From Candidatus Saccharimonadota bacterium (lineage in GTDB: Archaea > Micrarchaeota > Micrarchaeia > Micrarchaeales > Micrarchaeaceae): a stretch of 32,000 nucleotides of DNA. Below are positions 1 through 7,597 of the stretch, piece by piece (within the stretch, counting starts at the first letter, position 1; each line of letters starts with the position of its first letter). Position numbers and translations under genes: made by a program. The notes below the pieces were generated by a model. The model was not told the origin of the DNA. It ran no database searches and was given only the letters and a program-made list of their open reading frames with translations. Location: assembly GCA_021654395.1 (NCBI GenBank), contig AP024486.1, positions 690,001-722,000 of the forward strand, in the 5' to 3' direction.

Positions 1-516
1 AGATACAGATGTTGTTGATATTAATTCTGGAGTAGAGTGCAGAGTGACTGCAAGATTCGATACACCAGGGAAGTCTGTAAATATATCATAATACTTGACT
101 ACAACATAGCCCGAGTATATAGATCCAGTTTTACCTATAAATGGATTGCCATTATCATAACAAGTAACTGCTAGCTCTACTGACTGACCCGGCTCTAATG
201 TAACCTGTGGGGTTACATTCTGGAATATTAAATTGTTTAGATTATTTGAGCATGCTATAGCTGTTATATTTATTGGATTCTGATGATCGGATGTTATCTG
301 CACCAGAACCTTACCAGAGGTGTTTAGTATTGCCTTATTACAGTATATATTATTCTGGCTTTCACAGACATTAGATACAAATGTAGAGCTATTGAAAACA
401 TGCAGATATATAAGTATAATTAGCACTATGGCTATTATTAATAAGGCCCAACCATAAGTATTTAAGAAGTCAATTGCAGCTTGAATACGTAGATTACTGC
501 GTTTACTTTTACTCAT
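1..516 (-). CDS. Secreted pilin-like protein with class III (prepilin-type) signal peptide; partial, C-terminus lies beyond the window start
   Basis: Absent from the ORF track because the window edge truncates it. My translation of the minus strand from ATG (516-514) is open for all 172 codons: MSKSKRSNLRIQAAIDFLNTYGWALLIIAIVLIILIYLHVFNSSTFVSNVCESQNNIYC... It has a short basic N-terminus, then QAAIDFLNTYGWA, then a hydrophobic helix. This is the archaeal pilin-type N-terminus and matches the motif in ORF 5721-6644. The mature part has paired Cys and N-x-S/T sequons. Confidence 0.6.
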   Translation of the reverse strand, partial: MSKSKRSNLRIQAAIDFLNTYGWALLIIAIVLIILIYLHVFNSSTFVSNVCESQNNIYCNKAILNTSGKVLVQITSDHQNPINITAIACSNNLNNLIFQNVTPQVTLEPGQSVELAVTCYDNGNPFIGKTGSIYSGYVVVKYYDIFTDFPGVSNLAVTLHSTPELISTTSVS

Positions 517-556
517 AATATCAGCTTATCATTTAAAAGCTTTTAAATCTAGTGCT

Positions 557-1195
557 TTATCTATTAGCATTAAATGCCTTTATGCACTCCTTAATAGTAA
601 CCTCTATGGTCTTTAGCTCTTCTTCATAAGATAGACTTGGAATGTTTGATCTTGTGAAATAGTGAATATTCTTTCTATCTATAACTTGCTTATGTATTAA
701 TGGCAGATGTATAAAGCCAGCATATCTTATACTATTCTCTTCAGCGGCTTCCATGATAGCATAGAATAGCTCATTTGAGAGATATGTATCAGCATAGAAA
801 GAGAACTCTGCGGGTATGCCTTCATTCTCTATGGCAGATCTTATTTCATTGAAAGGCAGAGATGTAAAGTAAGCATCCTTGCCATTCTTGTTTATCTTCT
901 CCTCTATTACATCTCCATTAGAATCTACAAAGTAGAAATAGTTTATGGCTACTCTCTCGATTGTTATGCTGCCCTTTGTAGCAGCTAAGCCCATGCCTAT
1001 AACAATAGAGGGCTTTATGCTACTTATAAGCTCTTTAGCTCTATCATAAGCATATCTGTGCTCTACTTTGATCTCAAATCCTCTAATATTAAATCCATCT
1101 ATTATCTTACTGTTTAACCTCTTAGCTATATCCCCACTCTGATTAAAGCTATAGCTTAAGAATGGGCCAAAGCCTATTAGAAGTACATCTTGCAT
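557..1195 (-). CDS. pcp: Pyrrolidone-carboxylate (pyroglutamyl) peptidase I family protein, with Ser in place of the nucleophile Cys
   Basis: 212 aa. Family motifs present: LLIGFGPF (GFEPFG), SITIERVAIN (catalytic Glu), GFIHLP (catalytic His). The AGxYxCN nucleophile motif reads ADTYLSN. Confidence 0.85.
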   Translation of the reverse strand: MQDVLLIGFGPFLSYSFNQSGDIAKRLNSKIIDGFNIRGFEIKVEHRYAYDRAKELISSIKPSIVIGMGLAATKGSITIERVAINYFYFVDSNGDVIEEKINKNGKDAYFTSLPFNEIRSAIENEGIPAEFSFYADTYLSNELFYAIMEAAEENSIRYAGFIHLPLIHKQVIDRKNIHYFTRSNIPSLSYEEELKTIEVTIKECIKAFNANR

Positions 1196-1276
1196 GAAGC
1201 TCTATCTTAAACTTATTATAGAATATAGATTCAATATTATTAAAGCTTTATATTAAAGTTATATGTAAAGAGAGAC

Positions 1277-2605
1277 ATGAGCAAGCAGCATATAAGCTTA
1301 GCAGTTGCTACTGCAGTAGGTTTGGGAGCAATAATAGGAGCAGGAATATTCGTCTTAAGTGGAACTGCTATAGCGTTAGCAGGAAGTCTATCCCTAGCTG
1401 TTTTCGTAGTAGTTGGAGTAATATCAATACTTATAGCCTTTCATATAGCTGAGCTTGCCTCGTTAATGCCTAGGCTTAAAGGAGCTTCTTACTCTTATGC
1501 CTATGAAGCCTTTGGAAGCGAGCTTGGCTTTATAACTGGTATAATCTTCTACTTTGGATATGCAACAGCAATATCTGTAGTTGCCTTAGGATTCGGATCT
1601 TATGCCTCTAGCTTAATAGGCTTAAGTAGCATATACTCTAGAGCTATAGGTATAATCTTAATTCTAGTATTAGCATTATTAAACACATACGGAATTAACA
1701 GAGCAGCAAGGGTTGACTCTGTGCTTGTTTATATAAAGATATCTATACTGATTATCTTTAGTATATTTGCTATCTATATATCTCTAACTAAAGGATTCTT
1801 CCATCTAAGTAACTTTAGCATTACCGCTTCTAATCTTAGTATAGTCTCATTATTCTCTGCTGCTGTGGCTGTCTTCTTTGCCTATACCGGCTTCCAGGTT
1901 ATAGCTACATTCATAAGCAATATAGAAGGAGGTCCAAGGATAGGAGCCAAAGCTATTATACTCTCTGTTACCATAAGCACTATAATATACTGCCTAGTAG
2001 CACTATCTTTAATAATGATAGTACCTGCTAATAGATTCAGTATATCTGTAGATCCGTTATCTTTTGCATTACACTATGTAAATGCTCCGCAGTATATACT
2101 GATACTTATTGATATTGGAGCGCTTATAGCAACAGCATCAACGACTCTTGCTTTAATAATAAGCTCCTCTAGAGTCTTATATCAGATAAGCGCGGATCAT
2201 CTTCTACCAAAGATATTTAGAAGATATGATAAGAATAAGGATGTTCCAATAAATGCAGTTATCGTATCTGCTATCATAGGAATTATTATGCTGCTATCTG
2301 GAAATATCTTCGTAATAAGTGCGATAAGCGATTTCGGCTTCCTCTTTTCATATATAACATCAGTATTCGCTGTAGTACATTTTAGAAGAGTAAGAAGAGA
2401 GCTTTATAGTAATGAGATGTTTAAAGTGCCGTTCTATCCTTACTCAAGCATAGTTACTGCAATCGCTATACTAGCATTCATGCTAGGAATGCCAAGAGAA
2501 GCTTTAGATATAGGAGTTATACTTATAATAGTACTTCTATTAACTTATTATACACTAAAAGAGATGGAAAGGAAGAAGGTAATAAGAGTAAGGCTATTTA
2601 AGTAG
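1277..2605 (+). CDS. APC-superfamily amino acid/polyamine permease
   Basis: 442 aa, about 12 hydrophobic helices. N-terminal GAIIGAGIFVLSG motif typical of APC transporters. TATA-like TTTATATT is centred about 26 nt upstream of the ATG. Confidence 0.8.
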   Translation: MSKQHISLAVATAVGLGAIIGAGIFVLSGTAIALAGSLSLAVFVVVGVISILIAFHIAELASLMPRLKGASYSYAYEAFGSELGFITGIIFYFGYATAISVVALGFGSYASSLIGLSSIYSRAIGIILILVLALLNTYGINRAARVDSVLVYIKISILIIFSIFAIYISLTKGFFHLSNFSITASNLSIVSLFSAAVAVFFAYTGFQVIATFISNIEGGPRIGAKAIILSVTISTIIYCLVALSLIMIVPANRFSISVDPLSFALHYVNAPQYILILIDIGALIATASTTLALIISSSRVLYQISADHLLPKIFRRYDKNKDVPINAVIVSAIIGIIMLLSGNIFVISAISDFGFLFSYITSVFAVVHFRRVRRELYSNEMFKVPFYPYSSIVTAIAILAFMLGMPREALDIGVILIIVLLLTYYTLKEMERKKVIRVRLFK

Positions 2606-2680
2606 CTTAGAAAGGCTTATATATTGCTTATATATATCAAGATCTAAATACTAATAGTTATCTTATTTTAATTATAGTAG

Positions 2681-3787
2681 ATGATAGATATGAATGAGCT
2701 TATATTTATATACGCTTATAAGTTCAATAGAGATGTATCAGATCTTGATATAGCAGGCCTTCTTAAGAAGCAAGAGGATGTTTCATTATATACATACAAC
2801 AAACCAGAGCCAGAGGAGATAACAACAATAAAGCTGCCAGAGGTATTTAACCTTAAGGAGGAGGATCTACAGCTAGACAGTAATATAAGAGTTAAGATAA
2901 GATCTCAGGTAGCTGTCTATAAGGAGATAGGAGTATCTATAAGAGTAAGAGTAAGCTCTGATAGCTACAATCTATTTGATCAGATCAGCTTTAACAGCGG
3001 CTTCTATAATGCAATTGCTAAGCTCGTAAGTAGAGCTAAGACAAAGATAACAAATCTGTTAAGGCAGTACTATTCAGATATAGACTTTGAGCCTTCTCAT
3101 GAGGAGTACAGATTCTACTATATAGACTCTAATCCTAGCAGCTTTATAGCTGAGAATAGCTCTAGAATAGCAGGATGGCTTATAGATGAAAAGGATTATA
3201 ATATGCTTAATAAGGCATATATAAAGCAAGTTTTATCAAAGAATCTTATATATGATAATAACACATCTCTATATGTAGGATGGGAGAGCGCAGTATTGAT
3301 AAGCAGCGGCTATCAGCATGAATTCGAGCTTATAGTTGCAGAGGTTGCAAATCTGCATCTGCTTAATGCTAGACTTGCACAGAGCAGATTAAATGATTAC
3401 TTCATAAGCTATAACAATAAGATGTTGAGAACTGAACCAAGCGATTATAACTCTAAGAACAAGGCTGTCTTTCTTAGAGAGAGGCACAAGCTATTAGATC
3501 TTCTTGATGATACTAGCTATGTTATATCAATAATAGAGCAGAGTGCGTATGCTCTAGGGGAGTGGTATATCTCAAGAGTCTATGCGCTATTTTACTCTAC
3601 ATTTAAGATAGATATATTCATAAGTAACTTAAAGGACTATATAGATAGAATAAATGATCTAATAGATAATATTAATACATGGATTATAAGCTATCATTCA
3701 TATATGCAGGAGCTTATAATAATAGTCTTTCTATTCCTTGAGCTTGTAATAGAGATACTACTAGCCTTAAAGTATGTTATAATATAA
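2681..3787 (+). CDS. Hypothetical protein with a single C-terminal TM helix; tentatively Rmd1/YagE (DUF155, COG1723)-like
   Basis: 368 aa. The long helical C-terminal half ends in ...HSYMQELIIIVFLFLELVIEILLAL, resembling the DUF155 terminal h..LEwiIIiLIxxEv helix. The upstream segments LYVGWESAVLI and LAQSRLNDY also fit my memory of that family. No alignment was run. Confidence 0.45.
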   Translation: MIDMNELIFIYAYKFNRDVSDLDIAGLLKKQEDVSLYTYNKPEPEEITTIKLPEVFNLKEEDLQLDSNIRVKIRSQVAVYKEIGVSIRVRVSSDSYNLFDQISFNSGFYNAIAKLVSRAKTKITNLLRQYYSDIDFEPSHEEYRFYYIDSNPSSFIAENSSRIAGWLIDEKDYNMLNKAYIKQVLSKNLIYDNNTSLYVGWESAVLISSGYQHEFELIVAEVANLHLLNARLAQSRLNDYFISYNNKMLRTEPSDYNSKNKAVFLRERHKLLDLLDDTSYVISIIEQSAYALGEWYISRVYALFYSTFKIDIFISNLKDYIDRINDLIDNINTWIISYHSYMQELIIIVFLFLELVIEILLALKYVII

Positions 3788-3805
3788 AATATATATTAGA
3801 TATAT

Positions 3806-4420
3806 ATGAAAGAGTTAAGCCTCGAAGATGGAAAGAGATTAGTAAAGCTTTCAAGAAGCATTATAGCAGATTATCTAAGATCTTCATTAGATAGGGATCT
3901 ATATAGAAAGGAGATAAGCAAGATAGTAGATGAGAAGCTAGGCGTATTTGTAACCCTCAGATACTTCTCTGATAGATCATTAAGAGGCTGTATAGGATAC
4001 CCATTTCCTTCAGATAGTGTAGCTGAGCTGCTAATAGATGCATCTATAGCTGCAGCTACAGAAGATCCGCGCTTTATGCCATTATCTTATAAAGAGCTTG
4101 ATAAGATAAATGTTGAGGTAAGTCTATTATCAGAGATGCAAGAGATAGATAAAAGCAATATAAGCAGAGAGGTAGTTATAGGAAAAGATGGACTATATCT
4201 GCAGTATCTTTATAGATCTGCACTATTTCTGCCAGAGGTTCCTATAGAGGAGCATTGGAATCTTAATCAGTACCTAGAGAACTTATGCTATAAAGCAGGA
4301 TTACCAGCAGATACATGGAAGAAAGAGAAAGCCAAGCTGTTTAGATTTCAAACTATTATATTTGCCGAAATTAAACCAAATGGGGCTGTTAAGAGGATTA
4401 ATCTCGATGAGTTAAGATAG
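3806..4420 (+). CDS. AMMECR1 domain protein
   Basis: 204 aa with the hallmark GVFVTL...LRGCIG and EDPRF motifs of AMMECR1. Confidence 0.85.
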   Translation: MKELSLEDGKRLVKLSRSIIADYLRSSLDRDLYRKEISKIVDEKLGVFVTLRYFSDRSLRGCIGYPFPSDSVAELLIDASIAAATEDPRFMPLSYKELDKINVEVSLLSEMQEIDKSNISREVVIGKDGLYLQYLYRSALFLPEVPIEEHWNLNQYLENLCYKAGLPADTWKKEKAKLFRFQTIIFAEIKPNGAVKRINLDELR

Positions 4421-4422
4421 AT

Positions 4423-5037
4423 CTATGAAAATCCTTGACGCTTTAATATATACTGAATTAGTGAGTCGTAAGAATCTGCTAGTGTATTATTCTCATAAAG
4501 TATTGTACCGTTAGGGCTTACTAGATAGTATATATCTAGATAACCATCTGGATCGTATCTCTTTGTTAGATTATATGTAGAATTTGCTACTATTATAACA
4601 CCTTTTCCGTAAGGCAGAGGAGCAGTAAGATTAACGAACTGCTCTATACTTGGACCTCGATAGCCCAAATCTTCATAAAGCTCTATCTCTATTATCCTTA
4701 TATGCAATGCCTCAAAGACAGGGTAGGTACCATTTATAATCTGATTTCCTAGAGCACATGCTGAGCACCATGTTGTAACAAACCATATTAATGTATAATT
4801 TCTTCCTATCAGATTAGCTAAACTCTCCTTCTTGCCATTAAATATAACGTTACCGTATAGCTTATTACTCTGATTTAAGGCTGATGCATTTAAGTTAGAT
4901 AGCATATTAGAGCTCTCAAGCTTCTTTGTAAGACTGCCTAAGTAGTATAATGCTAAAATTAGTGTTATTAGGAATACTATTACTATAAGTAAGATCAGAT
5001 TATCTTTCATTGCTATCACAACTGCATCTACTATCAT
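4423..5037 (-). CDS. Membrane-anchored thioredoxin-fold thiol:disulfide oxidoreductase (TlpA/ResA-like), probably extracytoplasmic
   Basis: 204 aa. N-terminal TM helix, then LIWFVTTWCSAC (WCxxC redox motif; Cys codons at 4765-4767 and 4756-4758). Several N-x-S/T sequons suggest exposure outside the cell. The start may instead be the ATG at 5010 (MKDNLILL...). Confidence 0.7.
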   Translation of the reverse strand: MIVDAVVIAMKDNLILLIVIVFLITLILALYYLGSLTKKLESSNMLSNLNASALNQSNKLYGNVIFNGKKESLANLIGRNYTLIWFVTTWCSACALGNQIINGTYPVFEALHIRIIEIELYEDLGYRGPSIEQFVNLTAPLPYGKGVIIVANSTYNLTKRYDPDGYLDIYYLVSPNGTILYENNTLADSYDSLIQYILKRQGFS

Positions 5038-5515
5038 ATGATATACTGCTATATAAGCTATAGTATATGCTAAATATCAAAGCTAACAATGATATAGCAA
5101 TCAGATATGGCTCTAATGTAGCTATAATACCTTCAAATCTTCCTATATAGAGCACTGGAACAGAGGCTCCCAAAGATACTATTAATATTGGTATTATGTT
5201 ACCACAACATAGAAATGATGCAAATGCAGCAGTAAGTACAGCGCCTGCATTTATGATATTACAAGCTTTTCTTCTATTCTTTATTGATAGTATTATTGCT
5301 AATGATGATGTGATGCTAAATATGATAGCAAGTATTATAGCAACTATTGATATATAGTATACTCTTACTCCGTAGAGATTGAAGACTGAGTTGTAGAAGG
5401 CATATAGGTATACTAAGAATAGCAGGGATGCAATTATAATGATGTACTTTATATCTGCTTTTATGGATAAATTAAGATACTCAATATATCTCTTGATTTT
5501 GATGTATTGCATCAT
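5000..5515 (-). CDS. Polytopic membrane protein with a vicinal Cys-Cys transmembrane motif (MerF/MerT-like helix)
   Basis: 171 aa, about 4 TM helices. Helix 3 reads FASFLCCGNIIPILIVSLGA (CC codons at 5204-5209). This resembles the CCxxP(x)L...LG helix of MerF/MerT. The C-terminal tail carries CSC. Its 3' end overlaps the start of the downstream Trx-like gene. Confidence 0.6.
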   Translation of the reverse strand: MMQYIKIKRYIEYLNLSIKADIKYIIIIASLLFLVYLYAFYNSVFNLYGVRVYYISIVAIILAIIFSITSSLAIILSIKNRRKACNIINAGAVLTAAFASFLCCGNIIPILIVSLGASVPVLYIGRFEGIIATLEPYLIAISLLALIFSIYYSLYSSISYDSRCSCDSNER

Positions 5516-5562
5516 ATATATTTATTAGAAAACTTTAATAAATATTATATCCTGTAATTATC

Positions 5563-5570
5563 TTTATAAA
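5563..5570 (+). promoter_or_regulatory. TATA box (TTTATAAA) for tRNA-Ile
   Basis: TTTATAAA is centred about 27 nt upstream of the first tRNA nucleotide (5594), the canonical archaeal spacing. Confidence 0.45.
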
Positions 5571-5593
5571 TGCCGAGTTAAAAATCTTTTCTC

Positions 5594-5668
5594 GGGCTCG
5601 TAGCTTAGCCTGGTTGGAGCGCCCGACTGATAATCGGGAGGTCCGGAGTTCAAATCTCCGCGGGCCCA
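5594..5668 (+). tRNA. tRNA-Ile (anticodon GAU)
   Basis: Hand-folded cloverleaf. Acceptor GGGCTCG/CGGGCCC (one G-U pair), D-arm GCTT/GAGC, anticodon arm CCCGA-CTGATAA-TCGGG (GAT), variable loop AGGTC, T-arm CGGAG-TTCAAAT-CTCCG, discriminator A. No encoded CCA. GC-rich island in AT-rich DNA. Confidence 0.9.
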
Positions 5669-5691
5669 TTCTCTCTAGTCCTCTACCTATT

Positions 5692-5699
5692 TTTATAAA
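5692..5699 (+). promoter_or_regulatory. TATA box (TTTATAAA) for the LamG pilin-like gene
   Basis: The same octamer as upstream of tRNA-Ile, centred about 28 nt upstream of the ATG at 5724. This suggests a leaderless or very short-leader transcript. Confidence 0.4.
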
Positions 5700-5720
5700 T
5701 CTTACTTTATTAAGATTGGA

Positions 5721-6644
5721 GTGATGCTAAAGCTTCAGACAGCTATAGAGTTCTTATTAACATACTCTTGGGCATTTATAATACTGGCTGCTGTTCTAAT
5801 TATTCTGGTATATCTTAATGTATTTAATCCATTATTTAACGTTCCAAGACTTCCTCCAGGATACTGCTATGTTAGCAGGCCTCTAGGACCAGGTTATAAT
5901 GAAGGAGTAAGCCTTCTTGGAGATTGCTTCTCTAGAGACCTTCCAGAGTATGTCTTTACCTCTAGAGGCCCAGGAGACTATATAAGAGTAAATGGATCTG
6001 ATAACTATACCAGTCTCGCGAATATACAAGGAGATCAGCTTACTATAACAGCTTGGGTGTATGTAAATGGATGGCCTTATCATGATATTGTTGATAAAGA
6101 GGGGCAGTATGGAATGAAGCTAGATTACAATGATACTTATCTGGGATTCTGTAAGCATCCAAATACTTTCTGCTTAGAGTTCGATGACTATGGAGATTGG
6201 ATAGGAGAGAACTTTACGATTCCAGGAATGACATTTCATCAATGGAACTTCTTAGCTGTTGTATTAAATGGAAGTAATAAGTACTTTTATGCTAATGGAA
6301 AGCTTATAGGCCATACTGATACTGGTCAGCCCATTCAGTATGTTGATTCAAATCTTACTATAGGAGCTTGCTCTACATATAGCTGCTATCAGAATCAAGC
6401 AGAGTGGTTTAACGGAAGTATAGCAGATGTTCAGATATATGATGTTGCTCTAAGCTCATCTGATATAGCTGCACTTTATAATGAAGGTATAGCAGGAGCT
6501 CCTATAGATCTTGCAGGCATAGTTGCGTGGTATCCTCTAGATGGCAATCCGTATGATTACTCTGGAGATGGACTTAACGGAAGCGTTGTAAATAGCAGCT
6601 TTGCATATTCTAGCTTTAGTACCTCTTACCAGCCTTTAACTTAA
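5721..6644 (+). CDS. Pilin-like protein: class III signal peptide fused to a LamG/concanavalin-A-like lectin domain
   Basis: 307 aa. N-terminus M(M)LKLQTAIEFLLTYSWAFIILAAVLIIL is pilin-type. The C-terminal part has the Laminin_G_3 signature: FHQWNFLAVVLNGSNKYFYANGKLIG ... FNGSIADVQIYDVALSSSDIAALY (compare the family consensus f.G.iDevRIYnraLsa.EI). The likely true start is ATG 5724; the track starts at GTG 5721. Confidence 0.75.
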   Translation: MMLKLQTAIEFLLTYSWAFIILAAVLIILVYLNVFNPLFNVPRLPPGYCYVSRPLGPGYNEGVSLLGDCFSRDLPEYVFTSRGPGDYIRVNGSDNYTSLANIQGDQLTITAWVYVNGWPYHDIVDKEGQYGMKLDYNDTYLGFCKHPNTFCLEFDDYGDWIGENFTIPGMTFHQWNFLAVVLNGSNKYFYANGKLIGHTDTGQPIQYVDSNLTIGACSTYSCYQNQAEWFNGSIADVQIYDVALSSSDIAALYNEGIAGAPIDLAGIVAWYPLDGNPYDYSGDGLNGSVVNSSFAYSSFSTSYQPLT

Positions 6645-7596
6645 TCTCATTTATACTCAGATCTATCTTGTATAGCTCTCTTGGAATATTTATAATAGAC
6701 CACTCCTTTTTATAGTTATATATAAGCATCGATCTATATGCATCCCTTAGATTAATCTCTATTCTATACACCATATATGGATCTTTCTTATATCTTTTAT
6801 ATAGCTCTAAGAGCCTTAGAGAGATCCATTCATTAGTTGAAGATACTCTTATTATCCTGCTTAATGAGTATATATCTATTGCATAAGACTCATCTGCATA
6901 TAGATCAGCTGGCTCTATTATCCTTTTATCATTATATCTCACTCTTAGCTTGCTAAATAGGTCATTTATAATATCGATAATATCTATAAGCTTAGCTTCT
7001 AATCTTTCATAGCTATTGTCTATTATATATATTGTAGCACTGTCTCTATCTAAGATTGCTATAGTACTGCAATCTATTATATCTTTATAGCCTATGACCT
7101 CTTTTAGACTTTTAATGTAGCTATCTATATGCCTCTTGTAATCTTTATTATAGCTATTCAGCTTAACTCCTTTTATGCGTAATATATCTCTTTCATATAT
7201 CTTAGAGATATAAAATAGAATACTGCTTATAAATCTGATCCTAAAGAGCAAATAAGTATACTCTTTGTATATATCTCCACTATTCAGTATGGACTCTATT
7301 CTTCTATTCTTACTAATCTCTACATTCTCTATGCTTATTAGCTTATCTATCTTATCTATTGTGCTATCTTTAATAGATAAGTAGTTAGGTAGGTAAAAGA
7401 TGCTTTCTACTGCTTGCTTTTTAGTCTGCTTATATATATCTCTATCTGTCAAGCCCTCTGCCGCCTTTCTACTTATCTCTATATACTTATTATAGCTTTT
7501 ATCTGCCTCATAGAATATACCACCTTCTATGCCTCTGCTTCTTATAGATTCTCTAAGTCTATCTCTTTCTATCTTAAAGTAGCTTATTAGGTCCAT
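6616..7596 (-). CDS. Hypothetical protein (326 aa), tightly coupled downstream of alaX
   Basis: Long ORF with the local coding composition. Its start lies 1 nt after the alaX stop on the same strand. I recognise no family motif. Its 3' end overlaps the convergent LamG gene by 29 nt. Confidence 0.55.
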   Translation of the reverse strand: MDLISYFKIERDRLRESIRSRGIEGGIFYEADKSYNKYIEISRKAAEGLTDRDIYKQTKKQAVESIFYLPNYLSIKDSTIDKIDKLISIENVEISKNRRIESILNSGDIYKEYTYLLFRIRFISSILFYISKIYERDILRIKGVKLNSYNKDYKRHIDSYIKSLKEVIGYKDIIDCSTIAILDRDSATIYIIDNSYERLEAKLIDIIDIINDLFSKLRVRYNDKRIIEPADLYADESYAIDIYSLSRIIRVSSTNEWISLRLLELYKRYKKDPYMVYRIEINLRDAYRSMLIYNYKKEWSIINIPRELYKIDLSINEIKLKAGKRY

Positions 7597-7597
7597 G

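Noticed and set aside
531-548. Perfect 18-nt palindrome ATTTAAAAGCTTTTAAAT, plus other AAGCTT-centred palindromes in intergenic DNA (TAAAGCTTTA at 1241-1250, GAAAGCTTTAAATA at 8407-8420, TAAGCTTA near 19850). These looked like a shared operator motif.
   Set aside because: AGCT/AAGCTT is enriched everywhere in the window, including coding DNA. The flanking A/T runs are ordinary TATA-like sequence. Spacing to gene starts is inconsistent (about 18 to 60 nt). This is best explained as BRE/TATA-like promoter sequence plus the global AGCT bias, not a dedicated regulator site.
5516-5720. tRNA-Ile flanked by surface/accessory-looking genes, considered as a possible integration hotspot or genomic island border
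   Set aside because: There is no integrase or recombinase gene. I found no direct repeat of the tRNA 3' end elsewhere in the window, and no compositional break is visible by eye.
5883-6083. 66-aa minus-strand ORF inside the LamG gene; similar small antisense ORFs occur at 10018-10215, 20152-20358 and 30903-31091
   Set aside because: All are short, are nested antisense in longer and better-supported CDSs, and lack any recognisable feature.
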